Shown: one piece after another, positions 53,337-62,995 of the stretch
Numbering within the stretch: position 1 is the stretch's first letter
Layout: the number at the start of each line of letters is the position of its first letter
NCBI GenBank assembly: GCA_036261885.1
Contig: DATAJY010000017.1
Location: forward strand, 226,581-290,580
Source: Thermoanaerobaculia bacterium
Lineage (GTDB): Bacteria > Acidobacteriota > Thermoanaerobaculia > Gp7-AA8
Length of the DNA: 64,000 bases
Reading direction: 5' to 3'
Translations under genes and position numbers: made by a program
Notes under the pieces: generated by a model
The model's input: the letters and a program-made list of their open reading frames with translations, nothing else
Database searches by the model: none
What the model was told of the DNA's origin: nothing

Positions 53337-53723
53337 TCAGTGCGCGAGCGGAATGCAGCTCCGCACCAGCGCGCTGAGCGCGCCGATGTCGAACGGCTTC
53401 GGCAGAAATGCGCAGATGCCCGCCGTCACGGCGGTGGCGACTTCGGGGTCGCGGTTCGCGCTCACGACGATCACCGGGATCTTGAGCAGGTCGGTGTCGT
53501 GCGCGCGCTCGCGAAGCACGTCCCAGCCCGAAACGACCGGCATCATCAGGTCGAGCACGACCACGTCGGGATGATGCTCGCGCATCGCCTCGAGCGCGTC
53601 TTTGCCGTTCGCCGCCTCGAGGAACGAATAGCCATCACGCTTCAACGCGACGACGATCAGCTTCCGAATGTTCGGATCATCGTCGACCACCAGTACCTTA
53701 CACGTCTGTGCCACCACGTCCAC
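53337..53723 (-). CDS. Single-domain response regulator (CheY-like)
   Basis: VLVVDDD, LDLMMP, VSA, KPF; start approximate. Confidence 0.88.
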   Translation of the reverse strand: MDVVAQTCKVLVVDDDPNIRKLIVVALKRDGYSFLEAANGKDALEAMREHHPDVVVLDLMMPVVSGWDVLRERAHDTDLLKIPVIVVSANRDPEVATAVTAGICAFLPKPFDIGALSALVRSCIPLAH

Positions 53724-53766
53724 CGCAATGGAATTATGCCCGATGTGCGCCGTTAGCGAACCTGCT

Positions 53767-54855
53767 GTGAAAATCGCGGTGGCCATGTCGGGCGGCGTCG
53801 ACTCATCGACGGCCGCATTCATCCTCAAGTCGCAGGGGCATGAGGTGGTCGGATTGTCGATGCAGATGTACGACAACCTCAGCAATTCGGCCGTCAACGC
53901 CGACACGACCTACGGCGGCTGCTGCACCATCGACGATCTCGTCGACGCGCGTCGCGTGGCGTGGCGTCTCGAGATCCCGCACTTCACGCTCAATCTCGAA
54001 ACGAACTTCCATGACAAGGTCATCAAGCCGTTCGTGCAGGGATATCTCGCCGGCACTACACCGAGCCCGTGCGTGCTCTGCAACACGCATGTGAAGTTCG
54101 ATCTCTTTCACAAGAAAGCCATCGCCATCGGCGCGCAGAAGATCGCCACCGGCCATTACGCGCGCATCACGGAGAACGGCGGCACGTTCGAGCTCCGCAA
54201 GGCAATCGATCTGGCGAAGGATCAGTCGTACTTCCTCTTCGAGCTTTCCCAGGAGCAGCTCCGCGAGGCGCTCTTTCCCCTCGGCGAGCTGACGAAGCCG
54301 GAGGTGCGCGACATCGCCGAAGAGGCGGGATTGTCGGTCGCGCGCAAAAAGGAGTCGTACGAGATCTGCTTCGTGCCGGAGAAGGATGGGTACGCGAAGA
54401 TCGTCGAGAAGGAAGCGGGACTCGCGCCCGGCGAAGGGGCGGGCGAGCTCGTCGATACCGAGGGGAATGTGCTCGGGATGCACGACGGCTACTACCACTT
54501 CACGATCGGCCAGCGTCGCGGTCTGCAGATCGGCGGCACTGCCGATCGCACGTACGTCGTCGACGTGAATCCGTTCACGAAGCGCGTCGTGGTCGGGCCT
54601 GCATCCGCGCTCGAGAAGGACGAGCTCATCGCCGAGCGCGTGCACTGGATTTCCGGAACCGCGCCGTCCGGGCCGGTCGAAGTGCAGGCGCGCGTGCGCT
54701 CGCGCATGGCCGACGTCGCCGCGACGGTCACACCGCTCGACGGCCAGCGCGCGCGTGTGACGTTCGCGCAGAAGCTGCGCGCCGTCGCGCCCGGTCAGGC
54801 GGTCGTCTTCTATCAGGACGATCTCTGTCTCGGCGGTGGCTGGATCACGCGTTAG
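53767..54855 (+). CDS. mnmA: tRNA 2-thiouridylase MnmA
   Basis: AMSGGVDSS, PCVLCN, ATGHYA, KDQSYFL, ICF, TIGQRRGL, PGQAVVFY. Confidence 0.96.
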   Translation: MKIAVAMSGGVDSSTAAFILKSQGHEVVGLSMQMYDNLSNSAVNADTTYGGCCTIDDLVDARRVAWRLEIPHFTLNLETNFHDKVIKPFVQGYLAGTTPSPCVLCNTHVKFDLFHKKAIAIGAQKIATGHYARITENGGTFELRKAIDLAKDQSYFLFELSQEQLREALFPLGELTKPEVRDIAEEAGLSVARKKESYEICFVPEKDGYAKIVEKEAGLAPGEGAGELVDTEGNVLGMHDGYYHFTIGQRRGLQIGGTADRTYVVDVNPFTKRVVVGPASALEKDELIAERVHWISGTAPSGPVEVQARVRSRMADVAATVTPLDGQRARVTFAQKLRAVAPGQAVVFYQDDLCLGGGWITR

Positions 54856-54856
54856 C

Positions 54857-56293
54857 TCAGCCGAGCTGCGACAACTTCGCCTCGATCGCCGGTGCCCACT
54901 CCGCCGTGCATGCCGGGTGCGCACGCGCTTTCATCAGCGCTTCGCGCGCACCGTTCCTGTCGCCGTTCAGCCGCAGCAGCGTCCCGATCTTCACGAGCGA
55001 GCTGACCGCGGCGGCGCTCACCGGATCGGAGTCGTAAAGACGCTCGTACAGCGCGAGCGCCCATTCGCGATCGCCGCTGCGTTCGACGATCGGCGCGGCG
55101 CGGGCGAGGAACTTCGGCACGCGCGCATCGCGATCGGTCGTGACTTCGCGAATGAGCTCGAGCGCCAGTTCCTGATCTTTCGATTCGGCGTGGCGTGCCA
55201 GCAGTCGCGCCGCGGCGGCGTCGTAACGCGGGAGATCGTTTTCCTCGAGCGCGATGTCCATCGCCACGACGAACGCATCGGTCGGTGCTTTCGGATCGCG
55301 CATCAGCAGGTCGAGCGCCTTCTGCGCCCCTTCGATGTTGCCGAACTTGCGCGCCTCCATCGCCGTTACCAGTCGGTCGTCGATGGCCCACGTCGTCTGG
55401 GACACGACTTTCGGATTCACGAACCGCTCTTCGAATTTCGTCAGTCGCACGATGCCGCCGAGGATCAGGCCGAACGCGAATCCGCCGACGTGCGCGGAGA
55501 AGCCCACGCCTCCTGTTTCGGATTCGCGCATCATCGCCAGCAGCTGTTCGCCGAACCAGAGCGGCAACACCACGAACGCGGGCAGCCAGAATCGAAAGTT
55601 GAACATCGGCCGCCACCACAACGGAATGAAGAGGAACTCGATCTTCGACGTGGCGAAGCGCACGAGGTACGCCCCCATCACCGCCGCGATGGCTCCCGAC
55701 GCGCCCATCGCGCGAACCATGCTGCCGGGATGCTGGCTCGCGTACGTGAGCGCCGCCGCGATGCCGCCCGCGAGATAAAGGAACGCGAACAGCGGCCGCC
55801 CGAACACGTCTTCGACGAATGGACCGGAGAGAAAGAAGAACAGCAGATTTCCGAGCAGATGCAGGAGGCCCGCGTGCAGGAACATCGACGTGAACATCGT
55901 CAGTACGCCGCCGCGTGCGGGGACGTACGCGAGCGCCGTGCGCGGGCGATTCTCGTGCGCGCGCAACGTCTCTGCTGCCATGCGGTCGAGGATCTCCTGC
56001 TCCCTGCGCATGCGGGCCGGCGCGACGTAGCCATAGTCGCTGCGCAGATCGCTGATGCGCGCGATCGCGTAGGGCGCAAGGAGTTGCTCGAGATTCTTCG
56101 GCGTCCGCAGATACGGGTGCTCGATCTGATACTCGTACGTCTCGCGGAAGCGGCGCTCGTACTCTCGTTCGGCGCTGCGTTCGACCAGCCCCAGCACCAC
56201 GAAAACGATGACGTTCAACGCGATGATGGCGTACGAAACCCATGCATGACGGCGAATCTCCGCGTCATCACGGCCGATCGGAATCACGAACAT
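54857..56293 (-). CDS. Rhomboid intramembrane protease with a C-terminal TPR-like region
   Basis: SMFLHAG..HLLGN, GASGAI, AHVGG. Confidence 0.88.
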   Translation of the reverse strand: MFVIPIGRDDAEIRRHAWVSYAIIALNVIVFVVLGLVERSAEREYERRFRETYEYQIEHPYLRTPKNLEQLLAPYAIARISDLRSDYGYVAPARMRREQEILDRMAAETLRAHENRPRTALAYVPARGGVLTMFTSMFLHAGLLHLLGNLLFFFLSGPFVEDVFGRPLFAFLYLAGGIAAALTYASQHPGSMVRAMGASGAIAAVMGAYLVRFATSKIEFLFIPLWWRPMFNFRFWLPAFVVLPLWFGEQLLAMMRESETGGVGFSAHVGGFAFGLILGGIVRLTKFEERFVNPKVVSQTTWAIDDRLVTAMEARKFGNIEGAQKALDLLMRDPKAPTDAFVVAMDIALEENDLPRYDAAAARLLARHAESKDQELALELIREVTTDRDARVPKFLARAAPIVERSGDREWALALYERLYDSDPVSAAAVSSLVKIGTLLRLNGDRNGAREALMKARAHPACTAEWAPAIEAKLSQLG

Positions 56294-56362
56294 GGAGGTC
56301 CCTCGGAAACGCCGGAATGATACCCTTGGGCCGGGTCTACACCACCAAACAGAGGGGTTCAC

Positions 56363-57235
56363 ATGTCCACGCAGAGCTGGAACGTCGACGTCGATGGCGT
56401 CACGCGTCAGATCGTCGTCGATACCGATGAAGTCGCGCAGCGCACAGCCGTGCGCGTCGACGGCCGTATGGTCACTCGTCCGCTGGCCTCCGACGAGCAC
56501 GAGCGCGTCTTCCTCATCGGATCGACCGCTTATCAGCTGAAGCGCGTGCTCGACGGCACGTTCGATCTCGACATCGCGCCGCCGCAGTTCCAGCCCGCTC
56601 CCGCACCGCCGAGTGCCGCGACGCTGCAGCGGGCGCAGGTGGCCACCGGAACCGCGAAACAGACGATGACGCGCGTTGCGGTTCCGACGAAGAAAGGCTT
56701 CCCGATCTTCAAGGTCATCTTCGCCGTGATCGTCTCGATCGCCGGCTTCATCGGGATCCGCTACTTCGCTTCCGTGTACACGTACATGAGCGTGCCGTGG
56801 AAGACGTACACGCACGAAGACAATCGCTTCCGCGTCAAATTCGCCGGGAAGCCGGAGCGCTCCACCGAATTCATCTCCACGCCGATCGGTGTACTGCGCA
56901 CCGTGCAGCTCAAGACGCGCCACGCGCGGCACCACTACGTCGTCGAGTACATCGATCTGCCGTTCGTTGTGCCGGTCGATAAGGAGGGTCCGCTCGTCGA
57001 AGGAGTGCTGAAGGAGATCGTCGGCAAAGACAAACTCCTCACCAGCGAGTGGTCCGGTTCCGCGCTCAACTTCATTACCGAAGTCTCGAAGAAAAAGGAC
57101 TGGTCCGAAGGGACGATGCGCGGAAAGATCCGCTGCGAAGGGAGACGTCTCTACATCGTCTACGCGTTCGTCCCGCGCGGCGAATCGATCGGCTGGGATG
57201 TCGGAGAGTTTCTGCGATCGCTGGAAGTGGGTTGA
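56363..57235 (+). CDS. Hypothetical single-TM protein
   Basis: SD-like GAGGGG; central TM helix; coding-like codon usage. Confidence 0.65.
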   Translation: MSTQSWNVDVDGVTRQIVVDTDEVAQRTAVRVDGRMVTRPLASDEHERVFLIGSTAYQLKRVLDGTFDLDIAPPQFQPAPAPPSAATLQRAQVATGTAKQTMTRVAVPTKKGFPIFKVIFAVIVSIAGFIGIRYFASVYTYMSVPWKTYTHEDNRFRVKFAGKPERSTEFISTPIGVLRTVQLKTRHARHHYVVEYIDLPFVVPVDKEGPLVEGVLKEIVGKDKLLTSEWSGSALNFITEVSKKKDWSEGTMRGKIRCEGRRLYIVYAFVPRGESIGWDVGEFLRSLEVG

Positions 57236-57256
57236 TCACGCGTCTCGCGCGTGATC
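57234..57256. terminator. Hairpin between convergent genes
   Basis: GATCACGCG-TCTCG-CGCGTGATC. Confidence 0.4.
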
Positions 57257-57263
57257 GAACCCT

Positions 57264-59099
57264 CTACTCCACCGTCACGCTCTTCGCCAGATTTCTCGGT
57301 TGATCGACGTCGCATCCGCGGCGCAGCGCGATGTAGTACGCGAGCAGCTGCGTCGGCACGACGGCGAGAATCGGCTGCAGTTCCGGAATGGACCATGGGA
57401 TCTCGATCGATTCGTCGGCGAGCTTGATCATCGCTTCGTCGCCTTCGTCGCAGATCACGATCAGCTTGCCGTCGCGCGCTTTCACTTCCTGCAGGTTCGA
57501 CGCGACCTTGTCGTAGACCGGCGTGTGCGTGGCGATCGAGACGATCGGCATGTTCTCGTCGATGAGCGCGATCGGTCCGTGTTTCATCTCGCCGGCGGGA
57601 TAGCCCTCGGCGTGGATGTATGAGATCTCTTTCAGCTTCAGCGCTCCTTCGAGCGCGATCGGGTAGTGCAGGCCGCGGCCGAGGAAGAGAAAGTCCTGCG
57701 CGGTGTGAAACTTGTTCGCCAGCTGCTGGATGCGTTTCTCTTGCGTTTTGAGGAGATGCTCGATCTTGTGCGGAATCGTCGACAGCTCGTGCATGGCGTG
57801 ACGGATGTCGTCGCGATCGTCGCCGCGTAGCTGCCGCACGTAGAGCGAGAGGAGGTAGAACGCGGTGAGCTGCGTCGTGAACGCTTTCGTCGACGCCACG
57901 CCGATCTCCGGCCCGGCATTCGTGTAGATCGTGCCGTCGGCCATGCGCGTCGCGGCCGCGCCGATCACGTTGCAGATCGCGATCAGCCGCGCCCCTTTTC
58001 CTTTCGCTTCCTGCATCGCCGCGATCGTGTCCGCGGTCTCGCCCGATTGCGTCACGCCGATCACCAGCGTCTCCGCGTCGACGATCGGATCGCGATAGCG
58101 GTACTCCGAGCCGTAATCGACTTCCACCGGGATCTTGGCGGCGCTCTCCAGAAGGAACTTGCCGACCAGACCGGAATGCCACGACGTGCCGCAGGCGACG
58201 ATGTGAATGCGCTTGAACTGCGCGAACTCCTCGGGCGTGAACTGGAGGTCGTTGAAAAACACCTCGCCCGATTCTTCGAACATGCGGCCGGTGAACGTGT
58301 CGCGCACCGCGCGCGGCTGCTCGTGAATCTCCTTGAGCATGTAGTGGCGGTAGCCTTCCTTCTCCGCCATGACCGCGTCCCACGTGATGCGCGTCGGCGT
58401 GCGATCGACTTTCTGATCGTCACGCGTGAAGAGCTCGACCTTCTGATCGTCGGCGATCGCATATTCGCCGTCCTCGAGATAGATGATGTTGCGGGTGTAG
58501 CTGAGCAGCGGTGCGACGTCGGAGGCGACGATGTTCTCCCCTTCGCCGAGTCCCACCACGAGCGGCGGACCATGTTTCGCGGCGATGATCGTTCCCGGCT
58601 CGTCGGCCGCGATCATCACCAGCGCGTAATGTCCCTCCAGTTCCTTGAGCGATTTCTTCACCGCTTCGACGAACGAGATGCCGCTCTTGCGATGCTGCTC
58701 GATGAGATGCGCGACCACTTCCGTATCGGTCTCGCTCTTGAACTCGTGCCCCTGGGATTTCAGACGCTGTTTGAGCGAGAGGAAGTTCTCGATGATGCCG
58801 TTGTGGATGACGACCACGTTGCCGGTGCAGTCGCGATGCGGATGGGCGTTGTTCTCGTTCGGCTTGCCGTGCGTGGCCCAGCGCGTGTGGCCCATGCCGA
58901 ACGTGCCGTGCAGCGGCTGGTCGGCGAGTTTTCCTTCGAGATTCGAGAGCTTCCCTTCGGCGCGCACGACGTCCACTCCGTGGCCGTTCACTACCGCCAC
59001 GCCGGCGCTGTCGTAGCCGCGGTATTCGAGCTTCTTCAATCCGCCGATGAGAACCGGAACGACGTCACGCGTTCCGACATACCCAATGATTCCGCACAT
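57264..59099 (-). CDS. glmS: Glutamine--fructose-6-phosphate aminotransferase
   Basis: MCGIIG, GHTRWATHG, SQ/TQSGETAD, PRNLAKSVTVE. Confidence 0.97.
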   Translation of the reverse strand: MCGIIGYVGTRDVVPVLIGGLKKLEYRGYDSAGVAVVNGHGVDVVRAEGKLSNLEGKLADQPLHGTFGMGHTRWATHGKPNENNAHPHRDCTGNVVVIHNGIIENFLSLKQRLKSQGHEFKSETDTEVVAHLIEQHRKSGISFVEAVKKSLKELEGHYALVMIAADEPGTIIAAKHGPPLVVGLGEGENIVASDVAPLLSYTRNIIYLEDGEYAIADDQKVELFTRDDQKVDRTPTRITWDAVMAEKEGYRHYMLKEIHEQPRAVRDTFTGRMFEESGEVFFNDLQFTPEEFAQFKRIHIVACGTSWHSGLVGKFLLESAAKIPVEVDYGSEYRYRDPIVDAETLVIGVTQSGETADTIAAMQEAKGKGARLIAICNVIGAAATRMADGTIYTNAGPEIGVASTKAFTTQLTAFYLLSLYVRQLRGDDRDDIRHAMHELSTIPHKIEHLLKTQEKRIQQLANKFHTAQDFLFLGRGLHYPIALEGALKLKEISYIHAEGYPAGEMKHGPIALIDENMPIVSIATHTPVYDKVASNLQEVKARDGKLIVICDEGDEAMIKLADESIEIPWSIPELQPILAVVPTQLLAYYIALRRGCDVDQPRNLAKSVTVE

Positions 59100-59128
59100 A
59101 CTGTCTTTCCCCCGTTAGAATCGCGCGC

Positions 59129-60304
59129 GTGACGCCGAGAAAACTCCTGGCCGCGCTTTTCCTGCTGACGCTCGTCGCCTGCGGCAAACGTGGCGACCCA
59201 CGTCCGCCGGTGCCGGTGATTCCTCAGGCAACCAGCGACCTCGTTGTAACACAGCGCGCGAATCGCGTGATTCTCACCTGGAGCTATCCGTCTCTGACGA
59301 CGGCGGGCCGCAGCCTCACCGAGATCCGCCGCATTTCCGTCTACCGCTATTCCGAAGAGCTGCCGGTGGCACCGGGCGGTCGCGATCCGAAGACGCTCCT
59401 GCCGGGCGACATCGATCCGACCGAGCCGCTGCCGGTGGCGTTGTTCTCGAAAATCCCGACCATCCCTGCCGCGCAATTTGCCAGGCTCAGTCAGCGCGTA
59501 GACAGCATAGAAAAGGCCAACATGGCCGCGGCCTCCGCCGGCACGAAACTCGTCTTCACGGATGAGCCGCCGTTCGCGAGCACCGACGGCCGGCCGGTGC
59601 GGCTGACGTATGCCGTCGTCACGGAAGGGGGCACCGCGCGCAGCGAGCTCTCGAACCTCATCAGCATCGTGCCGCTGCCGGTGGCCGTTGCGCCGAATCC
59701 GCTCACGGCCGAGGTGAAGCCGGAAGGGGTGACGCTGCACTGGCTCGTTCCTTCGGGATCGATCGCGCAGGGAGTCGCGCCGGTCGTCACCGGCTACAAC
59801 GTCTATCGCACCGCGCCGGGACAGGCGCCGGGTGAGTTCGACGCGCCGATCAACAACGCGCCGGTGAAGGAGACGTCGTATACGGACGTCCCGCCGTACG
59901 GCGAGCATGAATACCGGATCACCGCCGTTGCGGCAGAGCGCATTCAGAGCGAGCTCTCGCAGCCGGTGCGCGCCACGTACAAGGATCTGCTCGCGCCGCC
60001 CGCGCCCGCGAGCGTGACCGCGCTTCTCGAAACGAAGTCGGTGCGTCTGTTGTGGGATCCGGTGGAAGCGGGCGATCTCGCCGGCTACCGCGTCTATCGC
60101 ACCGAGGGGGTCGGCCACGAGAGCAACATCAAGGAAGTGGGCACCGTGCCGCTCGTGAACGAGATCGTGACCACCACCACCATCACCGACGCGAACGTCA
60201 ATCTCGGCATCGCCTATCGCTACGGCATCGCCTCGATCGACAAGAGCGGCAACGAGAGCAAACGCGTCTGGACAGAGTGGGTCGTCGTTCCGAAAGCGCC
60301 TTGA
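59129..60304 (+). CDS. Lipoprotein with fibronectin type III domains
   Basis: LVAC-GKRGDPRPP lipobox; LHW..GYNVYR..Y.D..YRITAV repeats. Confidence 0.8.
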   Translation: MTPRKLLAALFLLTLVACGKRGDPRPPVPVIPQATSDLVVTQRANRVILTWSYPSLTTAGRSLTEIRRISVYRYSEELPVAPGGRDPKTLLPGDIDPTEPLPVALFSKIPTIPAAQFARLSQRVDSIEKANMAAASAGTKLVFTDEPPFASTDGRPVRLTYAVVTEGGTARSELSNLISIVPLPVAVAPNPLTAEVKPEGVTLHWLVPSGSIAQGVAPVVTGYNVYRTAPGQAPGEFDAPINNAPVKETSYTDVPPYGEHEYRITAVAAERIQSELSQPVRATYKDLLAPPAPASVTALLETKSVRLLWDPVEAGDLAGYRVYRTEGVGHESNIKEVGTVPLVNEIVTTTTITDANVNLGIAYRYGIASIDKSGNESKRVWTEWVVVPKAP

Positions 60305-62457
60305 CCGATTCGACGGTCGCGCGCATCACGAACTTCGCATTGATTGCGCTCGCCGTCGCGATCGGTGCGTGGCTTCGTTTCGACGGTCTCGGCGTCCCGA
60401 GCTACTGGCTCGACGAGATCCTCGCGCAGGGATTCAAGCAGAACGCGCTCGCCGGGCCGTGGTGGCACTGGCTCGCCGGCTTCGGCTCCGATCAGGGACC
60501 GCTCTACTTCGCGACGCAACTCGTCGGCGATGAGTTCACCGGACGGCTGCTGCCGGCGCTCTTCGGTGTGGCCGCAATCGCGGTGCTGGCGTGGATGCGG
60601 CAGCCATTCGCGGCGCTGCTGCTTGCCGTTTCGCCGCTGCACGTTTACTACAGCCGCGAGGCCCGTCCCTACGCGCTGCTGATGCTCCTCACCGCGCTGC
60701 TGATCGCGCAGCTGCTGCGCGAAACGCGCGACTGGCCGATCGTGCTCACGCTCGTGGCGATGCTGCTCACGCACGCCTCGGCCGCGCCGGTGGTGGCCGC
60801 ATTCGCGATCACCGCGTTTCTCGTGAAGCGCGAGCGGCTCGCGTTCCTCGCCGCCGGCATCGCCATCGCGTTTCTCGTCTTCTATCGTGGTGGTCCGGGC
60901 GCAACGCCGCATGCGCCGTTTCCGGAGGATGTCTTTGCGACCATCGCCCGATCGCTCACCGTCTCCGCGTTCGCCGATGACATTCGCGGCCGGGCGGTTT
61001 TCGCGATGCTCGCATTCGCGGGGATCGGCGGCCTGGCCCTCTGGCGTCGCGAGCGCAGGCACGCGTTGATCGTGATCGCCATGACGCTGTTGCCGATCGC
61101 CTTCGCCGTGATCACGCTCCGTCTGTTCGGGCACTGGTTCGCGGCGCGTTACGTCTGCGCCGGCTTGATCGGATTCGTGCTGCTGGTGGCCGCCGGGATC
61201 GGCGCGGTCTCGACGATCGCGCGCGCGGGACGGGACATGCTCGCGCTGCTGATCGTGCTCGCCATCGCGCGCGAAACCGTTCCGGCCGCGCGTACGGAAC
61301 CGTTTCGCAAACTCGACTGGCGGGCCGTCGCGATGACGCTGCGCGAGAACGCGAAACCGGGCGACACGGTGCTCGCGGCAGAAGAATGGTCGCAGGTCTC
61401 GCTGCAGCATTACCTCGGCGAAACGATGAAGGTGATCAGCACGCCGCGCGTGGAGCTCGCCGAGATGCTCATCGATCGCAGACAGGCAACGTGGCTCGTG
61501 AGCGCCGGCTATTCGAATGACGGCGCGGTGCGTTCCTGGATGTGCCGCTATCCGCTGGTGATGTCGAGCGGGCTGGAAGACTTCCGGCTGCATTTCATCG
61601 GCTCGCAACGCGAGCTGCTGCAGCGTGCGCGGCCGGCGACGTTGCGCGCGGCCGCGGCGTCGTTCCGCACCATCCTGCCGAACGACGATCCGTTCTTCGT
61701 CGACGGATGGGCGCAATCCGAAACCGATTTCCGCTGGGCGATCGAGAAACGTGCGACGGTGTTGATCCCGCGCAGCGGAAGACGCGACGGCGTGATTCGC
61801 GTGGTGCTGCTGCCGCTGCCGCGGCAATCGATGCGCGTTTCACTCAACGGCCACGATCTCGAAGCGTTCGCGCTGAAGAATGAATGGACGGAGATCGAGA
61901 TTCATGCGCCCGCGTCCGCCTGGATCGATGGATTGAATACGCTCGCCTTCGACTTCGCGTTCACGCGCGCGCCGGGCACCCGCGATGAGCGCACGCTCGC
62001 GGCCTCGTTCGCGGCGATTGCGGTCGATGATTCCGAGAAGCGCGATCGTCCGCTGCTGCCGGCGCTGCGCATCGATGCGAACCGCCTTCTCGATGCGACG
62101 AGTATGTGGCCCAACACGAAGACGCGGTTTCCCGCGGCGCGGCTGCATCGGCGCAATGTCGAGGCGCTTCTCGGCCGGCTCGGATTCGATCCGCTGGCGG
62201 CGTGGCCGCGCCTGGCGAACGGCGAGATTCATCTCGATGACGTCGTGGAGACGATCGCGTACGGCAGCGACTGCGAAGACGATCGTGCATTTCTCCATCG
62301 CGCCTTCGCCGTGCTGCTCGAGCGGCGGCCGAACGACGTCGAGGAACGCGATCTGCTGGCGCGGCTGGCGCGCGGCGCCACGCGCGAAGTTATTGTCGGG
62401 CGCATCGTGAAATCGGGCGATTTTCGCGCTCTTGCGTTATCGTTCGCGTCCCGATGA
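60301..62457 (+). CDS. GT-C (family 39-like) membrane glycosyltransferase with soluble C-terminal domains
   Basis: LRF..LG..SYWLDE, PLYF, SP.H.YYS.EARPYAL; many TM helices. Confidence 0.75.
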   Translation: MTDSTVARITNFALIALAVAIGAWLRFDGLGVPSYWLDEILAQGFKQNALAGPWWHWLAGFGSDQGPLYFATQLVGDEFTGRLLPALFGVAAIAVLAWMRQPFAALLLAVSPLHVYYSREARPYALLMLLTALLIAQLLRETRDWPIVLTLVAMLLTHASAAPVVAAFAITAFLVKRERLAFLAAGIAIAFLVFYRGGPGATPHAPFPEDVFATIARSLTVSAFADDIRGRAVFAMLAFAGIGGLALWRRERRHALIVIAMTLLPIAFAVITLRLFGHWFAARYVCAGLIGFVLLVAAGIGAVSTIARAGRDMLALLIVLAIARETVPAARTEPFRKLDWRAVAMTLRENAKPGDTVLAAEEWSQVSLQHYLGETMKVISTPRVELAEMLIDRRQATWLVSAGYSNDGAVRSWMCRYPLVMSSGLEDFRLHFIGSQRELLQRARPATLRAAAASFRTILPNDDPFFVDGWAQSETDFRWAIEKRATVLIPRSGRRDGVIRVVLLPLPRQSMRVSLNGHDLEAFALKNEWTEIEIHAPASAWIDGLNTLAFDFAFTRAPGTRDERTLAASFAAIAVDDSEKRDRPLLPALRIDANRLLDATSMWPNTKTRFPAARLHRRNVEALLGRLGFDPLAAWPRLANGEIHLDDVVETIAYGSDCEDDRAFLHRAFAVLLERRPNDVEERDLLARLARGATREVIVGRIVKSGDFRALALSFASR

Positions 62458-62993
62458 ACCGCCTCATTCCCGTCAATCGCGTCGAAGACATTCCGGCATC
62501 GTTTCGAGGGACCCCGGTCCAACGACTCCTCGGCTGGCACAACGGTTTTCTCGACGACGAGCAGGTCACGAAGCCCGACGTGCTCGTCGGCATGTGCATG
62601 GACAACCGCAAGAAGCTGCGCATCCCGGAGAACTTCGCGTTCATTCTCCGATCCGGCGGCGCGAACATGCGCCCGAGCGAGTTCAAGGTTTCGTTCGCCG
62701 TCGCCGTCGGCGGCGTGCGCACGATCGCGCTGATCGTGCACAACCACTGCGGCATGGTCGGCCTCTCGGGACGGAGAGCCGATTTCGTCGACGGCCTCGT
62801 CGACGCCGGCTGGGATCGCGAGCTCGCCGAACAGCATTTCGATGCGTATGCGCCGCTGTTCGAGATCGGCAACGAAATCGATTTCGTGCTCAGTGAAGCG
62901 GTCCGCCTGCGCGCGCGCTATCCGAAGGTGCTGGTTGCGCCGCTCTTCTACAACGTGGACGACAACCGGCTGTACGCGATTCAGGAGACGTAG
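62454..62993 (+). CDS. Beta-class carbonic anhydrase
   Basis: CMDNR...RSGG...HNHCG zinc motifs. Confidence 0.85.
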   Translation: MNRLIPVNRVEDIPASFRGTPVQRLLGWHNGFLDDEQVTKPDVLVGMCMDNRKKLRIPENFAFILRSGGANMRPSEFKVSFAVAVGGVRTIALIVHNHCGMVGLSGRRADFVDGLVDAGWDRELAEQHFDAYAPLFEIGNEIDFVLSEAVRLRARYPKVLVAPLFYNVDDNRLYAIQET

Positions 62994-62995
62994 GG

